A stretch of DNA of 33,302 nt from Paraglomus brasilianum (Eukaryota): positions 1 through 33,302 of the forward strand of contig CAJVPI010000361.1 in assembly GCA_910592345.1 (NCBI GenBank), read 5' to 3'. This document shows, one piece after another, positions 22,601 to 33,302 of the stretch (its first letter is position 1; every line of letters starts with the position of its first letter). Made by a program: the position numbers and the translations under genes. Under the pieces are notes generated by a model. It saw only the letters and a program-made list of their open reading frames with translations. It had not been told where the DNA came from and made no database searches.

Positions 22601-22801
22601 GTAACACTAACCCAAAAATTGGAATTTCCATCAACAATACGAATATTGATTGTTCATTCACGACGCATGTGACCGTGGACCTTTTTCTTTGTGACCATTC
22701 CTGATTGACTATATATGGGCTAGTTGATTATGTCGTTAGAAAATATAAAACTCCAGTTGCTCAATTACTATTACACACCCAACATTCTTTTTTATTGAAA
22801 A

Positions 22802-24300
22802 ATGACAGAGCAATGTGAGTGTCGCCCAATACTCAAGTACTTCAAGCCACGCCAATTTATCACTCTCTCATCCGTCTGTTAATGTAATCATTTTCTTTTA
22901 CTACATTCTAAATGTTCACATATTTTTTCAATTTGTCTATTATCCCAGCCGCTGATCAACTTACTCGCCTAAAAATTGGCTTAACTAATCTCCTACACAT
23001 CCCTCCTCAAAAGCTCCTCTCACCACCTTCGCAACCGCGGCGCGCGAGTGTAGCGATAATAATACGAATACGACCTCAAAAGCCGTATACCGCTGCTCAA
23101 ATTCCCGTGTTCACTCTTGATGACTTTTTCAATCAACCCTGGATATCTCGAGGTGACCCGGAAATCTTGTACATGAAGCGTGCGTTAAGAGAAGGGGATC
23201 GATGGAGCGGGCAGGTCGCATTCCCAGGCGGAAAGCAAGATCCAGAGGACAAGGATGACTTGGACACGGCAGAACGAGAGACATTTGAGGAAGGTAAAAT
23301 ACTGATTTCATCTACGCAGAATACACAATTAATATAAAGGAAAGAGGAATGGGTCGTATATTGCAAAGCTTTTACAGTTTTTTTTTCTCCTTCCTCATAA
23401 TATTAGTTGGATTAGATTTGGGAGATTCGAAAAAATTCATCTGTGTCGGTGCATTAGACGATCGAGAGGTTACAACTACTTTTGGAAAGCAACTGCTGAT
23501 GATCTTGTGTCCTTTTGGTAAGCGGAATAGATGAAATTCGACTCTAAGAATCGTTTCCTATACCCTTGAGAAAATCAGTTTCCTAACCATTGCACTTTTG
23601 CCTACAGTTTTTCTGCAAATAACTCCCGACGATCTTCCAATCGAAATATCAGGTTCAGAAGTAGACTCTACACAATGGATCCCATTGCGCATATTCTTTG
23701 ACGAAAAGTTGACCCAACTATGGAATCCAGTGTCGGTCGACATTTCATCTCGTCTTGCTCCGAATTCTTTATTATTACAAACTGTATTGATGACCCTAAC
23801 AGGTCGATTGCATTTCCATTGTATTAAATTGCCGTTTGTCGGCGGCGTCAATGGGACTACAAAGATGCATTTGGATTTATGGGGATTGACTCTGCAGATG
23901 ACAAGTGATTTAATTGATTTAATGTTCCGTGAGAATGAAGCACCACAAAGGCGGTTAGATGCAATCAGGCCGAAATTTGATTACTGGGATGTCAATTTCT
24001 TTACTTGGTGTTTTTTACGAAATAATAGAATATCATATAAAGACAAGAAGTTGGATCTGGCAAGGAGGAGGTTGGTATTATCAATCAGTTACGCGATAAT
24101 TGTGTTATAAACTTGTGCTGATTATGTGACATTGCGTACCTCTTGCTTTCGTTCTCTTCTAATACAGGGTCAGTTGGGCAGGCGGATGGTCAGACTACTA
24201 CAGTGCATTACGGAAAGCTTTGTTAATATGCATCTTTGTCCGTACCATAGTCACTTTATTTTTATTAGGAGGAACCTTTCAATATTTTTTCAAGGGGTAA
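22802..24300 (+). CDS. Nudix hydrolase, CoA-pyrophosphatase (NUDT7/8/PCD1-like) subfamily, with C-terminal hydrophobic segment
   Basis: Exons 22802-22814, 22949-23293, 23407-23517, 23608-24070 and 24168-24300 splice in frame with GT-AG. Motifs RRASVAII and WSGQVAFPGGKQDPEDKDDLDTAERETFEEVGL (Nudix box). Confidence 0.9.
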
Positions 24301-24504
24301 TTAAATTTATTTGATTAATCTGACTTATAGATATACAAATTTTTAAAGTGATATTCCCTCACCTTCCCATCTTAAAGACAATCCACGCGAAGACTCCGCA
24401 TATTAGCGTCCAGAATAATGAATACACAAAAACATACTAGTAAATAACTTTTTGAGGAAATCAAATTTGGTTAATCTTATCAATCAATGTTTACTTGTAT
24501 AATT

Positions 24505-25941
24505 TCACCTCACCCACATTTGCATTCGGCTATCGTCATGATGATAACGTTTCCTATCCCTACTTCTATTTCTATTCCTATTTTTCTTCTTATTCTTTGC
24601 TTGTTGGCGGTCTTCCCTGCCAAAATGTCTATCTTCATCACGATAATATCCATTATCGTGTCCATAACTAACATATCTGTTACGGTTACTATCACTACTA
24701 TTATCATGGCGTCGCTCTTTGTAATAGGGATCACGACGCCATTTATATTTGTAATCTCTTTCATGCCATCGGCTTTCATCAGAAGTCGATACACTTTGAC
24801 TACTGCTGTAAGACTTTCTTCCGTCGCGCCGTTGATACTGCTTACGATCATCGCTCTTCCGAGCACTACTTTGCCATCTTCGCCTACCCCTGCCCTGTTC
24901 GGCCTTTTCATTTATCCTGCCATTACTATTCACAACTGTAGTGGCGACCGCCAGCTGATCTACATTTCGCGTATCCACGACCGTTTTCGTGCTATTCATG
25001 CTACCCTGATCCTGCCTTACTGCCGTAAGAGGATTATAAGGATTGTTCTTGATAAAATAACTAACATTTGTTTCGCGTTTTATTCTTTCTAAATATGGTA
25101 TTACGTTTATTAAGTCACAGTCAATTCCCTCGTCGAATCTTTCGTTATCGAATTTAGTTAAATGTATAGCGTTGTGTGGTTGTAGTTGAGTCTTTTCTGT
25201 TGAATCATCAATAATGATTGTATTAGTTTGATCCCACTTTGGCTTTGTTGCTGTTGTTACAGTATTAAAGTTAAGGTGCTGCTCCTCATCGTCTGAATCG
25301 CCATTTAATTTCTTCCAAACAAGCTCGAAATTCTTCACGGTTAAATAATTGATACCATATTGTGTTGGAGTCAGTCCAAAGCTGTCTCTATTCCATACTG
25401 CTTTTAGTCTGTCCACATAGCGAGGTGGAAACACGGTTTCTACCATCAAATTCACATTTTTCGGCATGGCAGAGGACCACACCATGACCTCAAAAGAAGA
25501 GGAAAATAGGTAATCCAAAAATTCGATCAAATATGGGCGAGGTCTTATGCTTTTAGGCTTGACTCGAAGGAGAAGTGTACCATTAAGATCAAGAATTATT
25601 AATTTTGGAATAGACCTTGACTGTTTCTGTGATTCCAATGAGCAAATTGAAAGGTATGATGATGAAGGAAGAAGTGGTGGGCCGTCATATATCTTTACTT
25701 TTGCGGCTGGAGATATCAAATCAAAGGGAAGAAAGTGGACGCTGAATGAATAGCACAATATAAGAGGAATAGCATGACTAATGCAATGGATAATGGTTCA
25801 ATATTCGAATTGGTCAACTACCATTCCCGGTTCGCTCTGCAGACGTTCTGCCTACAACATTTAAGCACAAAATAATTAAACCCCAATAAAACAATATAAT
25901 TGCACGGAAAGGATTTGTCACGAACCTGAGTTGTCGACCAT
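24505..25941 (-). CDS. NIF/FCP1-like HAD-superfamily protein with an Arg/Asp/Ser-rich C-terminus
   Basis: Exons 25941-25926, 25851-25822 and 25706-24505 splice in frame. Motifs LIILDLNGTL, RPYLIEFL, VMVWSSA and NTIIIDDS...QPHNAI. Confidence 0.9.
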
Positions 25942-26237
25942 GTCTCCACGAACGACAATATCGTTACTGCCTTGTCCTTCTAAAGGCATTCAATCAATTA
26001 TTAACTGGGTCTGAATAAAGAATTTATGCTTTGTTCAATTACCATTGGCAGACCCAGAGTACGTGGTATATCGATATGTAGGACTCTCTTGTATCTGGGA
26101 TGTCATAATAACAGGTAAACAATAATAATAAGTGTGAAAATTGGTAGTCTTTAAATGGAACTATTTTGACACGTGCCATTTTCGATGTCGTAAGCGATTG
26201 ACAGACAGACTTTGGGTTTTGGGTTTTTTTGGCAACA

Positions 26238-28995
26238 ATGGATCGAGACCAAATCAAAGTGTATGTTAGTACAACGTGTCTACTCACAATGATATTCCTT
26301 CTCAGCTCTAATTCAGAGACTTGTTAATATCCGTAGCTTAGCCACAGGCTCGGCGAATGGTATGATTGAAGAATTGTTCACGGGAATAACGAAGATTAAT
26401 GGAAAATACGGTCCTTTTGATATGCTGTTGTGTGTTGGTGACTTGTTTGGGGACGCTGACGAAGATGTAGTTAACGCTGTTTTGTCCGGAAGCATTCACG
26501 GTAAGTTGAGGTCTTGGTAATCGCAAGTCTGCATCTGAGTAAGGTTTCCTATGATTGGCATTTTTATATTGACCATATGTATATAGTTCCAATAATGACG
26601 TATTTCATGCACGGAAGATACCCTCTACCAACTGCAATCAAAAAACGGATTGACGATAACCATGGAGAAGTTTGTGAGAATTTGTTTTATTTAGGTAAAG
26701 ATCAGGTTCTTGATACTAGTTAAGATAGAGCTATGCCGAAATTCTCTTTGATTCTACCTCCAACTCTTACTCCCTCCTCATAATCGACACAAAAGGTGCC
26801 CACGGTATAATGACGACAATCAACAACGTAACAGTTGCCTTTACCAGCGGCATTCTAGCTTCCCCTGCGCCCGCTCTTCCCACAGACGTCGATATTCTCC
26901 TGACGCATGAATGGCCAAAGGACATACAACTTCTATCCTCACATAAGATTCCGCAAAACATTGTTGGATCAAAATTTGTGGCTGATCTGGCGATGTACGT
27001 ACGACCGAGATATCATATTGCTGCCTCAGAAGGAATATTTCTACAACGAGAGCCATATAAAAATATTGGAGCGGAAGAAGAAAAGAGGGTATTACAATTA
27101 TTGCACGATGACAAAAAAGATTTAAGGGAGAAGCAGAGTGGAGATGAAGGAATGAAGACGAGGCGAAGATTTGACCATGCTACATGGTTTGTTGGATTAG
27201 CAGAAGTCAGGAATACACACAAGGAAAAGGTGAGGCGTGTGGTGTGGTTGGGAATAGTATTATTGGAGAATTGTCATCATGATGACTTAATTCTTGGATT
27301 GTATCAAGTGGTACTATGGTTTCAATTTAGTTCCACTGTCGCAATTGGATTCATCTGCAGATATATTACGGCATCCACCAAATACAACAGAGTGCCCGTA
27401 TCTTTTAAAACAATCCGAGACGCCTGCAACTGGAAAGAAGAGAGATGGTGGCCGTGAGGTAAAGTGTTATTGTACATGCGCACATATCGCACATCATTAC
27501 ACGGACTTATTTTTAGTATCTTTTATTAGGAAGGTGGACCGGGAAATTATTTGTGGAGTAATGATATGCAGGCGAAAGAGTTTGATAACAAGCGAAGAAA
27601 GAAAAGTTGGTTACTTTCGTTATGACATGCTTCAAACCTCATATCTTTTACGCGGGAAGCTAATCAACCCTTTTTTATTCCACGCTAGCCCTGCCGCCAG
27701 AGAATTATGTATGTAATATATGCAAAACTCCAGGTCATTGGATAAAAGAATGTCCAGAAAGCAAGTCAATCAAAGTCCCCGGTCCTGAATATACTTGCAA
27801 AGCATGCGGAGAAAAAGGGCATTATCTTTCTGATTGTAAAAACAGGAAAATCACTGCCAAAAGAGATAGTACGCGTTTTTCTAAATCAGGTGAATGTCAT
27901 TGATCTTTCAATTGATTTGTCCTTTACTGATAAATATTTCATTCGTAGCCAGCGCTTGTTGGTTTTGCCTATCGAACCCGAGAACTGCCAAACAGTATGT
28001 TATCTAAGTATTGCGTTATCGAGCGCGTTGTTGTTTGTCTCTTGCGTATCTTACCCTAGCTCATTCTGCAGGTTAATTGTCACTGTTGCATCAGAGATTT
28101 ATTTAACGGTAATTTATTTTTTTACCTCGACCATTCTGTTCACATGTATATATGCTATTGATTGCTGACAACAATTTATTACAGTTAGCTAAAGGTAGTC
28201 TTATAGATACGACGGACAGTTCAATGTCACTAGTACCAGGGGGTGGTCATGGACTTCTCGTAAGTATTCCTCTCACTAGTGTTGGCGTTAACATCCAATC
28301 ATGTCAAACTACTGGCATTTTCCTAATCGTACTCGAATCGTTCTTATTCCCATTCAATACCTATAATGACATTCGTCGCTGAACATACGTACCTACAAAT
28401 TAGATCTCAATTGCTCATCATGGAACTTTCCGAGAAGCTCCACTAGAAATTCAAGTAAACCTCTTAAACGAATTAGAAAAATTTAAATCTGGTATCCGAC
28501 GCATGTATGAACACTACGGCGCTGGAATGGTCGCATTTGAGCTTTCCAAGCCTGGTTCGCATCAACATGCGCATATGCAGGTGGTACCAATACCATCAAA
28601 ATACGACTCGAATAAAGTACGAATGGCATTTATAAATGAAGCCGAATCATCCGGGTGGACATTCAAACAGCTGCCGTCCGTTCTCCCGCAGTCGTTTTTT
28701 AAAGTTGATTTGCCGGACGGATCGTCTTTATTCTATGAATTGAAACAGAATGAGATCTTTGATGCACAATTTGGACGGTAATAATAGCTGTATTGAGGGA
28801 TTTGGTGAATTTATTTGAATCTGTTCTAATCTTGATTTCTGATATTGCAGGAAGGTGCTCGCACATTTGCTTGGCGCCCCGGAGCGTGCTGATTGGAGGG
28901 CGTGCGTGACTAATGAAGAGAGGGAACGGGAAGATACAAATCGGTTTAGAGAAATATTTAGAGAGTACGACCCTATTGAGTATTTGAAATTTTAA
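26238..28995 (+). CDS. CWF19L1: CWF19-like protein 1 (Drn1): pseudo-metallophosphatase domain, two CCHC knuckles, CwfJ C-terminal domains; multi-exon
   Basis: GPFDMLLCVGDLFG, VDILLTHEWP, RPRYHIA, CWFCLSNP, HQHAHMQVVPIP, FDAQFGR and RADWRAC. The stop follows YDPIEYLKF. Confidence 0.9.
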
Positions 28996-29904
28996 AGGAT
29001 AAAGTCAATAATAATAATAATATTGTAACAATGCTATCAGCAGTAATTGTTGCAGGCAAATGACAAAGAATGCTCTCTTTAATATATAAAGAGCTATATT
29101 AGTGAATGGACATTAATCATTACTAGAGTGATAAAGAAGTTGAAAGTTAATTAAAACTGTTGCTATCCAAGAAAAATGCATGTTTTTAATGGCTTAAAGC
29201 CAATTCGCATATATAGTCGATGTGATAGACGAACGTGTTGCACCCATCAAGCTTTTCGGTCTAAGATAATAATAAGTCACACTACTTGTATCGATTTAAT
29301 TTTCCGTTAATCTATTTTGAGTATATGTTCGCGGAGCGATATTCCCCCCGTAATGTATGATAAATGTATGGAAACAAATCAGCCGAAAATGAGATCTACG
29401 CCCTTTCCTTTACACGCCTCCCGCTTTTTCTGAAGAGGCAATCACTTTCTGTTACACGAGCTATTGCCTCGCATTGTGGCCATATCTAAACACAACACGC
29501 TAAGAACATGTGTATAGTGGACATCATAACTTTGTAATTCATTTTGATGGAATACTCCTCACCGGTTTTTTGCTAAAAGACTATTTAGCATATTGGTCAA
29601 TTTATCAGAAGCTAGAGTTATATCACTATGCTAATTTTTCCGCGAATTCGACATTAGCAAGTAAATATCAAATTTTTCCAACCGGGATGTTGATACTTTA
29701 TTGAGATCCATCTCTCTAATCTGATGTAGCCAACACTTCAGCAGGGATTTGAAAGTATTCTTCGAAAATTTAAAAATTCATAATATATTCTCGTTTAACC
29801 AGTGGTGACTAAATTATTCGACCTGAATGTAGGATTAATAACGTCATTATTCCAACAATAGTGCTAGATGACCATCTTTAAATTGGGCCGCCTTGGATAT
29901 AATC

Positions 29905-30129
29905 GGAGAATGAATTATGTTTGGCGTGTACATGTCAATTAGAACCCGAGATAAAGCATTCTGTTATGCAACAAGTCTTGGATAGAGTATTCTCTATTGA
30001 TGAACATACGAGAAATGACATTATTACACCACGAATGCAGATTGGCTAGGACAGACAACAAATGAATGTTCAAACCGATAGTTGTGTTAAATACTATATA
30101 TAGGAATATACTGTACGACGTTAAAAGTG

Positions 30130-30183
<54 letters not shown>

Positions 30184-30600
30184 TTGATTTGAGGTAAATC
30201 ATTTCACATGTAAACAAATAGTATTGTTAGTTTGCGTATTTATGATGCGTTTAATCGATGATTGATATGATTGTTTTGTTTATTAAATAGCTAACTGAAG
30301 AATATCCGGAGATATTGACACCAGATAATGTTTGGATTACCATCGACGCGAAAATATTATTTAGTGACCACGACGCACATACAGTATTGAAAAAATTTAT
30401 ACGAACTAATACAGATGTAAAGTGGCTATGCAACAGTCTATACTGCCAAGTGTAATAATGGCAAACCAGTACTATGCCAGAACTCGTTGCTCTCAAACGA
30501 TTTAAGAGTTTTGGTCCTTTAATCTTAGTAATTAATTAAAGTGATATTGATGCGACTGTATTTATTTTTATTTAATAGTTCAGAAATCACGCCAAGTGCG
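29905..30600 (+). pseudogene. Third decayed partial copy of the kinase gene (exon 2, intron, exon 3, start of exon 4)
   Basis: Matches the reverse complement of ~3085-3930: gtgtacatgtc.attagaac, tctctattga, gcagattggctag, caaaccgatagttg, ttattaaatagcta, ccggagatatt, gcgaaaatattatttagt and tttaatagttcagaaatca.gccaagtgc. Confidence 0.8.
30131..30181 (+). repeat. (TAA)17 microsatellite
   Basis: Perfect trinucleotide run. Confidence 0.95.
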
Positions 30601-30720
30601 CGTCCGAGTACCGTTAAATTACTCTTTGACATGTCTTTACTCTATTTATTGAATTTCTATTAATCCTTGACTTTCTGGAAAAAAGAAAATTATAAACCAC
30701 CCCTTCTCTCATTTTAATTA

Positions 30721-33302
30721 TTATTCTTGCTTAGGATCAATAATAATTTGCCTCTTTCCACCACCAGCAATCACCTTAACCCGACTCCTCATGTCGAATG
30801 GACTGCCATCATACGCGACGAAATCCGCAATTGCGCCTACTGAAAATCCCTTATTTCTGCCCTTGCCCTCGACATGCTTACCGATCCCAAATATCTGCTC
30901 TAAGTTCCAGGAAATAAAGCCAATTGCGTCCTTTTCCGAAATTGCGTTGTTTTTCGAATTTTTGCACACCCAACCAGCATCCCATACCAAATTTCTCGCC
31001 CGGCCGGGATTTGATACACCAATACCTACCAAAACTTTATGCTCGTGCAATATCTCAATGTGTGTCTTGTTACTAATGGGGGGTCCAGTGAGTACGTTCT
31101 GAGCAGTCCAAAGTTCGGGCACAGGTCTAGCCGGGATGACGACCACTGGTATCTTTCGTTTGGCCAAGTGAGATGCCAGGAAGTAAGATTCTGCTCCTCC
31201 AACGATAACTAATCGAAGTTTGCCACCTGCCCCATCTATTTCATCCTTTAGACGGATTAGAGATGCAATCTCATCTTTGCTATGCGTATAGACTGCGAAT
31301 GGTATGTCGCCTTTCGCGGCGAGCGCGTAGAAATTTGGCGACCCTTTCAACTGGAGATTATCGAGGAGGGCTTTGCGCAAGAATGCTATTTGACCGGATA
31401 CCGTTGTGATCGATTCTATTTGTAAGGCGCATGAGAAAATGAGATTAGAATGGTGTTGACAGGTGAACGTATTGAACTAGAGCTCAATTATCGTTTGATT
31501 GCAAGCATACCGTCTTTGTATGGGGTACCAATTTGTGCATGTAGTGCGACTTCTGCTTTGGCAATAACTTCATTCTCGTCATCAATGACTGTCAAGTGAT
31601 TTGTGGTATTAAACATATAAGTATTTGACCACTGGTGATCTTTAATCGATAACATATGCAATAACAACGGCCTACCACTATTGCTAGCACTCTTAAATGC
31701 AGCGGACACACCAGCAAGTACGCCTTTATTAGCCATCGGAGGGCTGATAATAGTAAGCACGCCCCCTTTGTATGCTTTCTCAAGATGCTTTCCGCCGAGT
31801 TTTAATCCGTCAACTGCGCGAATTATTCTCTTTGGGTAATCGGGACTCTCAAATGAATTGACATACCCATCTTGCGTTATTTGTTCCTGTTCTATTTCTG
31901 ACAATCCAAGAGTAGATCCAGCGGCAATGATGCCCTAGAATGAAACACTGTGTTATAAGCTATTCCGATGATGTCAATATTAATGAAAATAAAACTTACT
32001 GGCAATACATATCCACCCTGCAAATCAACCACATCATATCCAACCGTGTCAGTTATAGTACAATCTGGCCCAATACACATAATGCGACCTTCACTAACGG
32101 TTATTGTGAGTGAACCAGCAGGCGTGGATTCCATGATGGATTCTTCGCCAACGAATATTTTACCAATGTTCTTGATTACTACCGAAGATACGATACGTTC
32201 TTCGGTATCCACAGAAGAGTGCCGTGTGGCATTGTATAACGTATATGGCTCATCTGTTGGACCGCTCAGGACAGACGAAGAAGTGTTAAACTGAGGAATC
32301 CCATCAATATAAACTTCCAATGGATAAGCTCCCAAAGCGAGTGGATGTCTATTCCACACCTTAACGGCATTGTTCGAATACACATTATTAGTAAGACAAC
32401 AATATAAAACAAAGCGCAACATTGGTACAATCAATATTTCATTCTATCAAAGCTTTCTAATCCACATACCAAAACGTCAGCATCATATCCAACAGCAATT
32501 TGTCCAACACGATGGTCAATTCCCAATGCTTTAGCAGGAATAGAGGTGATGGCAGCAAGAGCATGTTGTTCACTGAGACCATAATAAGAAGCTTTAGCAG
32601 CTTCGAATGCTAAATGTTGCTGATATATATATAACACATGGTAGGGAGAGACAAACATATCCACCAGTTATGCTCACTGATGACGGATTATCTTATGCAT
32701 AACAAGTAATTGTCAGTCGAACAAATACCGAATTGAGTATTGGGTGGTCACTTTTCAAAGCAACTGGAATTCCCGCTTCTGTCAAAATCTTTGGAGACTG
32801 TGCGCTCGCCTGGAAAGCTTCTTTCTTATATCCCCAATGATCAGCAAACGTGGCTATAGTGATCTGATTTCGACTGCGTTTGATTATATCTGGGACTCTA
32901 TATGCATCAAGCGCATGATGAAAGGCCGTGATGTTGAAGTTAAACTCGTATGAATGACGAATCATGGCTTCGAGATCCATAGTCTACAGAGTCGGGAAAG
33001 CGCACAATAGAAAGAACACCCAATTAAGAGCCACGCCCAAGTTTGTATTGAATAACTGATCTGTAATGACCTACCTCGTAACAATGAACGTTCAATCGAA
33101 CATCACCCCTCAATAACGCAACTAAGCTCTCATAGCGAAGATCTTCCGGAAAAGGAGAACTCATCTCCTCATTATGGTTTAGACGTAATGCCGTAAAACA
33201 CCAATTATCTTGTGAGGCTTTGAGCTTTGCTGCCGCGTCAAAATTCTTCCTGAATAACCACGCTTCACCAAGACGCGACTTAGGCATGCCTTTTCCTCTA
33301 TT
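30721..33302 (-). CDS. Fungal two-domain metal-dependent amidohydrolase (imidazolonepropionase-like), multi-exon, 5' part outside the window
   Basis: LNVHCYE, FHHALDAY, FADHWGYKKEA, LKSDHP, AITSIPAKALGIDHRVGQIAVGYDAD, DLQGGYVLP and GAIADFVAYDGSPF across successive exons. Confidence 0.9.

Noticed and set aside
24487..25092. 201-aa hydrophobic plus-strand ORF
   Set aside because: Antisense shadow of the R/D-rich tail of the NIF gene.
29939..30217. Poly-Leu ORF resembling a membrane protein
   Set aside because: Artefact of the (TAA)n microsatellite inside a kinase relic.

Overview
Eukaryotic, AT-rich fungal genomic DNA with short GT-AG introns. The gene families (TKL-type kinase with HCDLHGGN and WTSxNxxLDxFI repeats, Sola-like and pogo-like relics) suggest Glomeromycota; this is inference. 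Positions 1-22.7 kb are accessory DNA: a frameshifted kinase gene plus two kinase fragments, three complete TA-flanked pogo/Tigger-type MITEs, mariner, Tigger, Sola-like and LINE-like relics, an intact intronless Cys-rich secreted protein gene, a repeat-containing orphan gene and a probable GT17 relic. Positions 22.8-33.3 kb hold conserved genes (CoAse-type Nudix hydrolase, NIF/FCP1-type HAD protein, CWF19L1/Drn1, a truncated amidohydrolase) and one more decayed kinase copy. The most unusual observation is a very AT-rich, apparently intronless block at about 9.0-10.4 kb. There, a GC-rich stem-loop carrying TAGTATTAC-CCCCC, as in nanovirus/circovirus origins, lies between a divergent F-box relic and a Zn2Cys6-like relic. 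This resembles an endogenised CRESS-DNA (ssDNA virus or satellite) segment, but no Rep gene is visible, so it remains a hypothesis.
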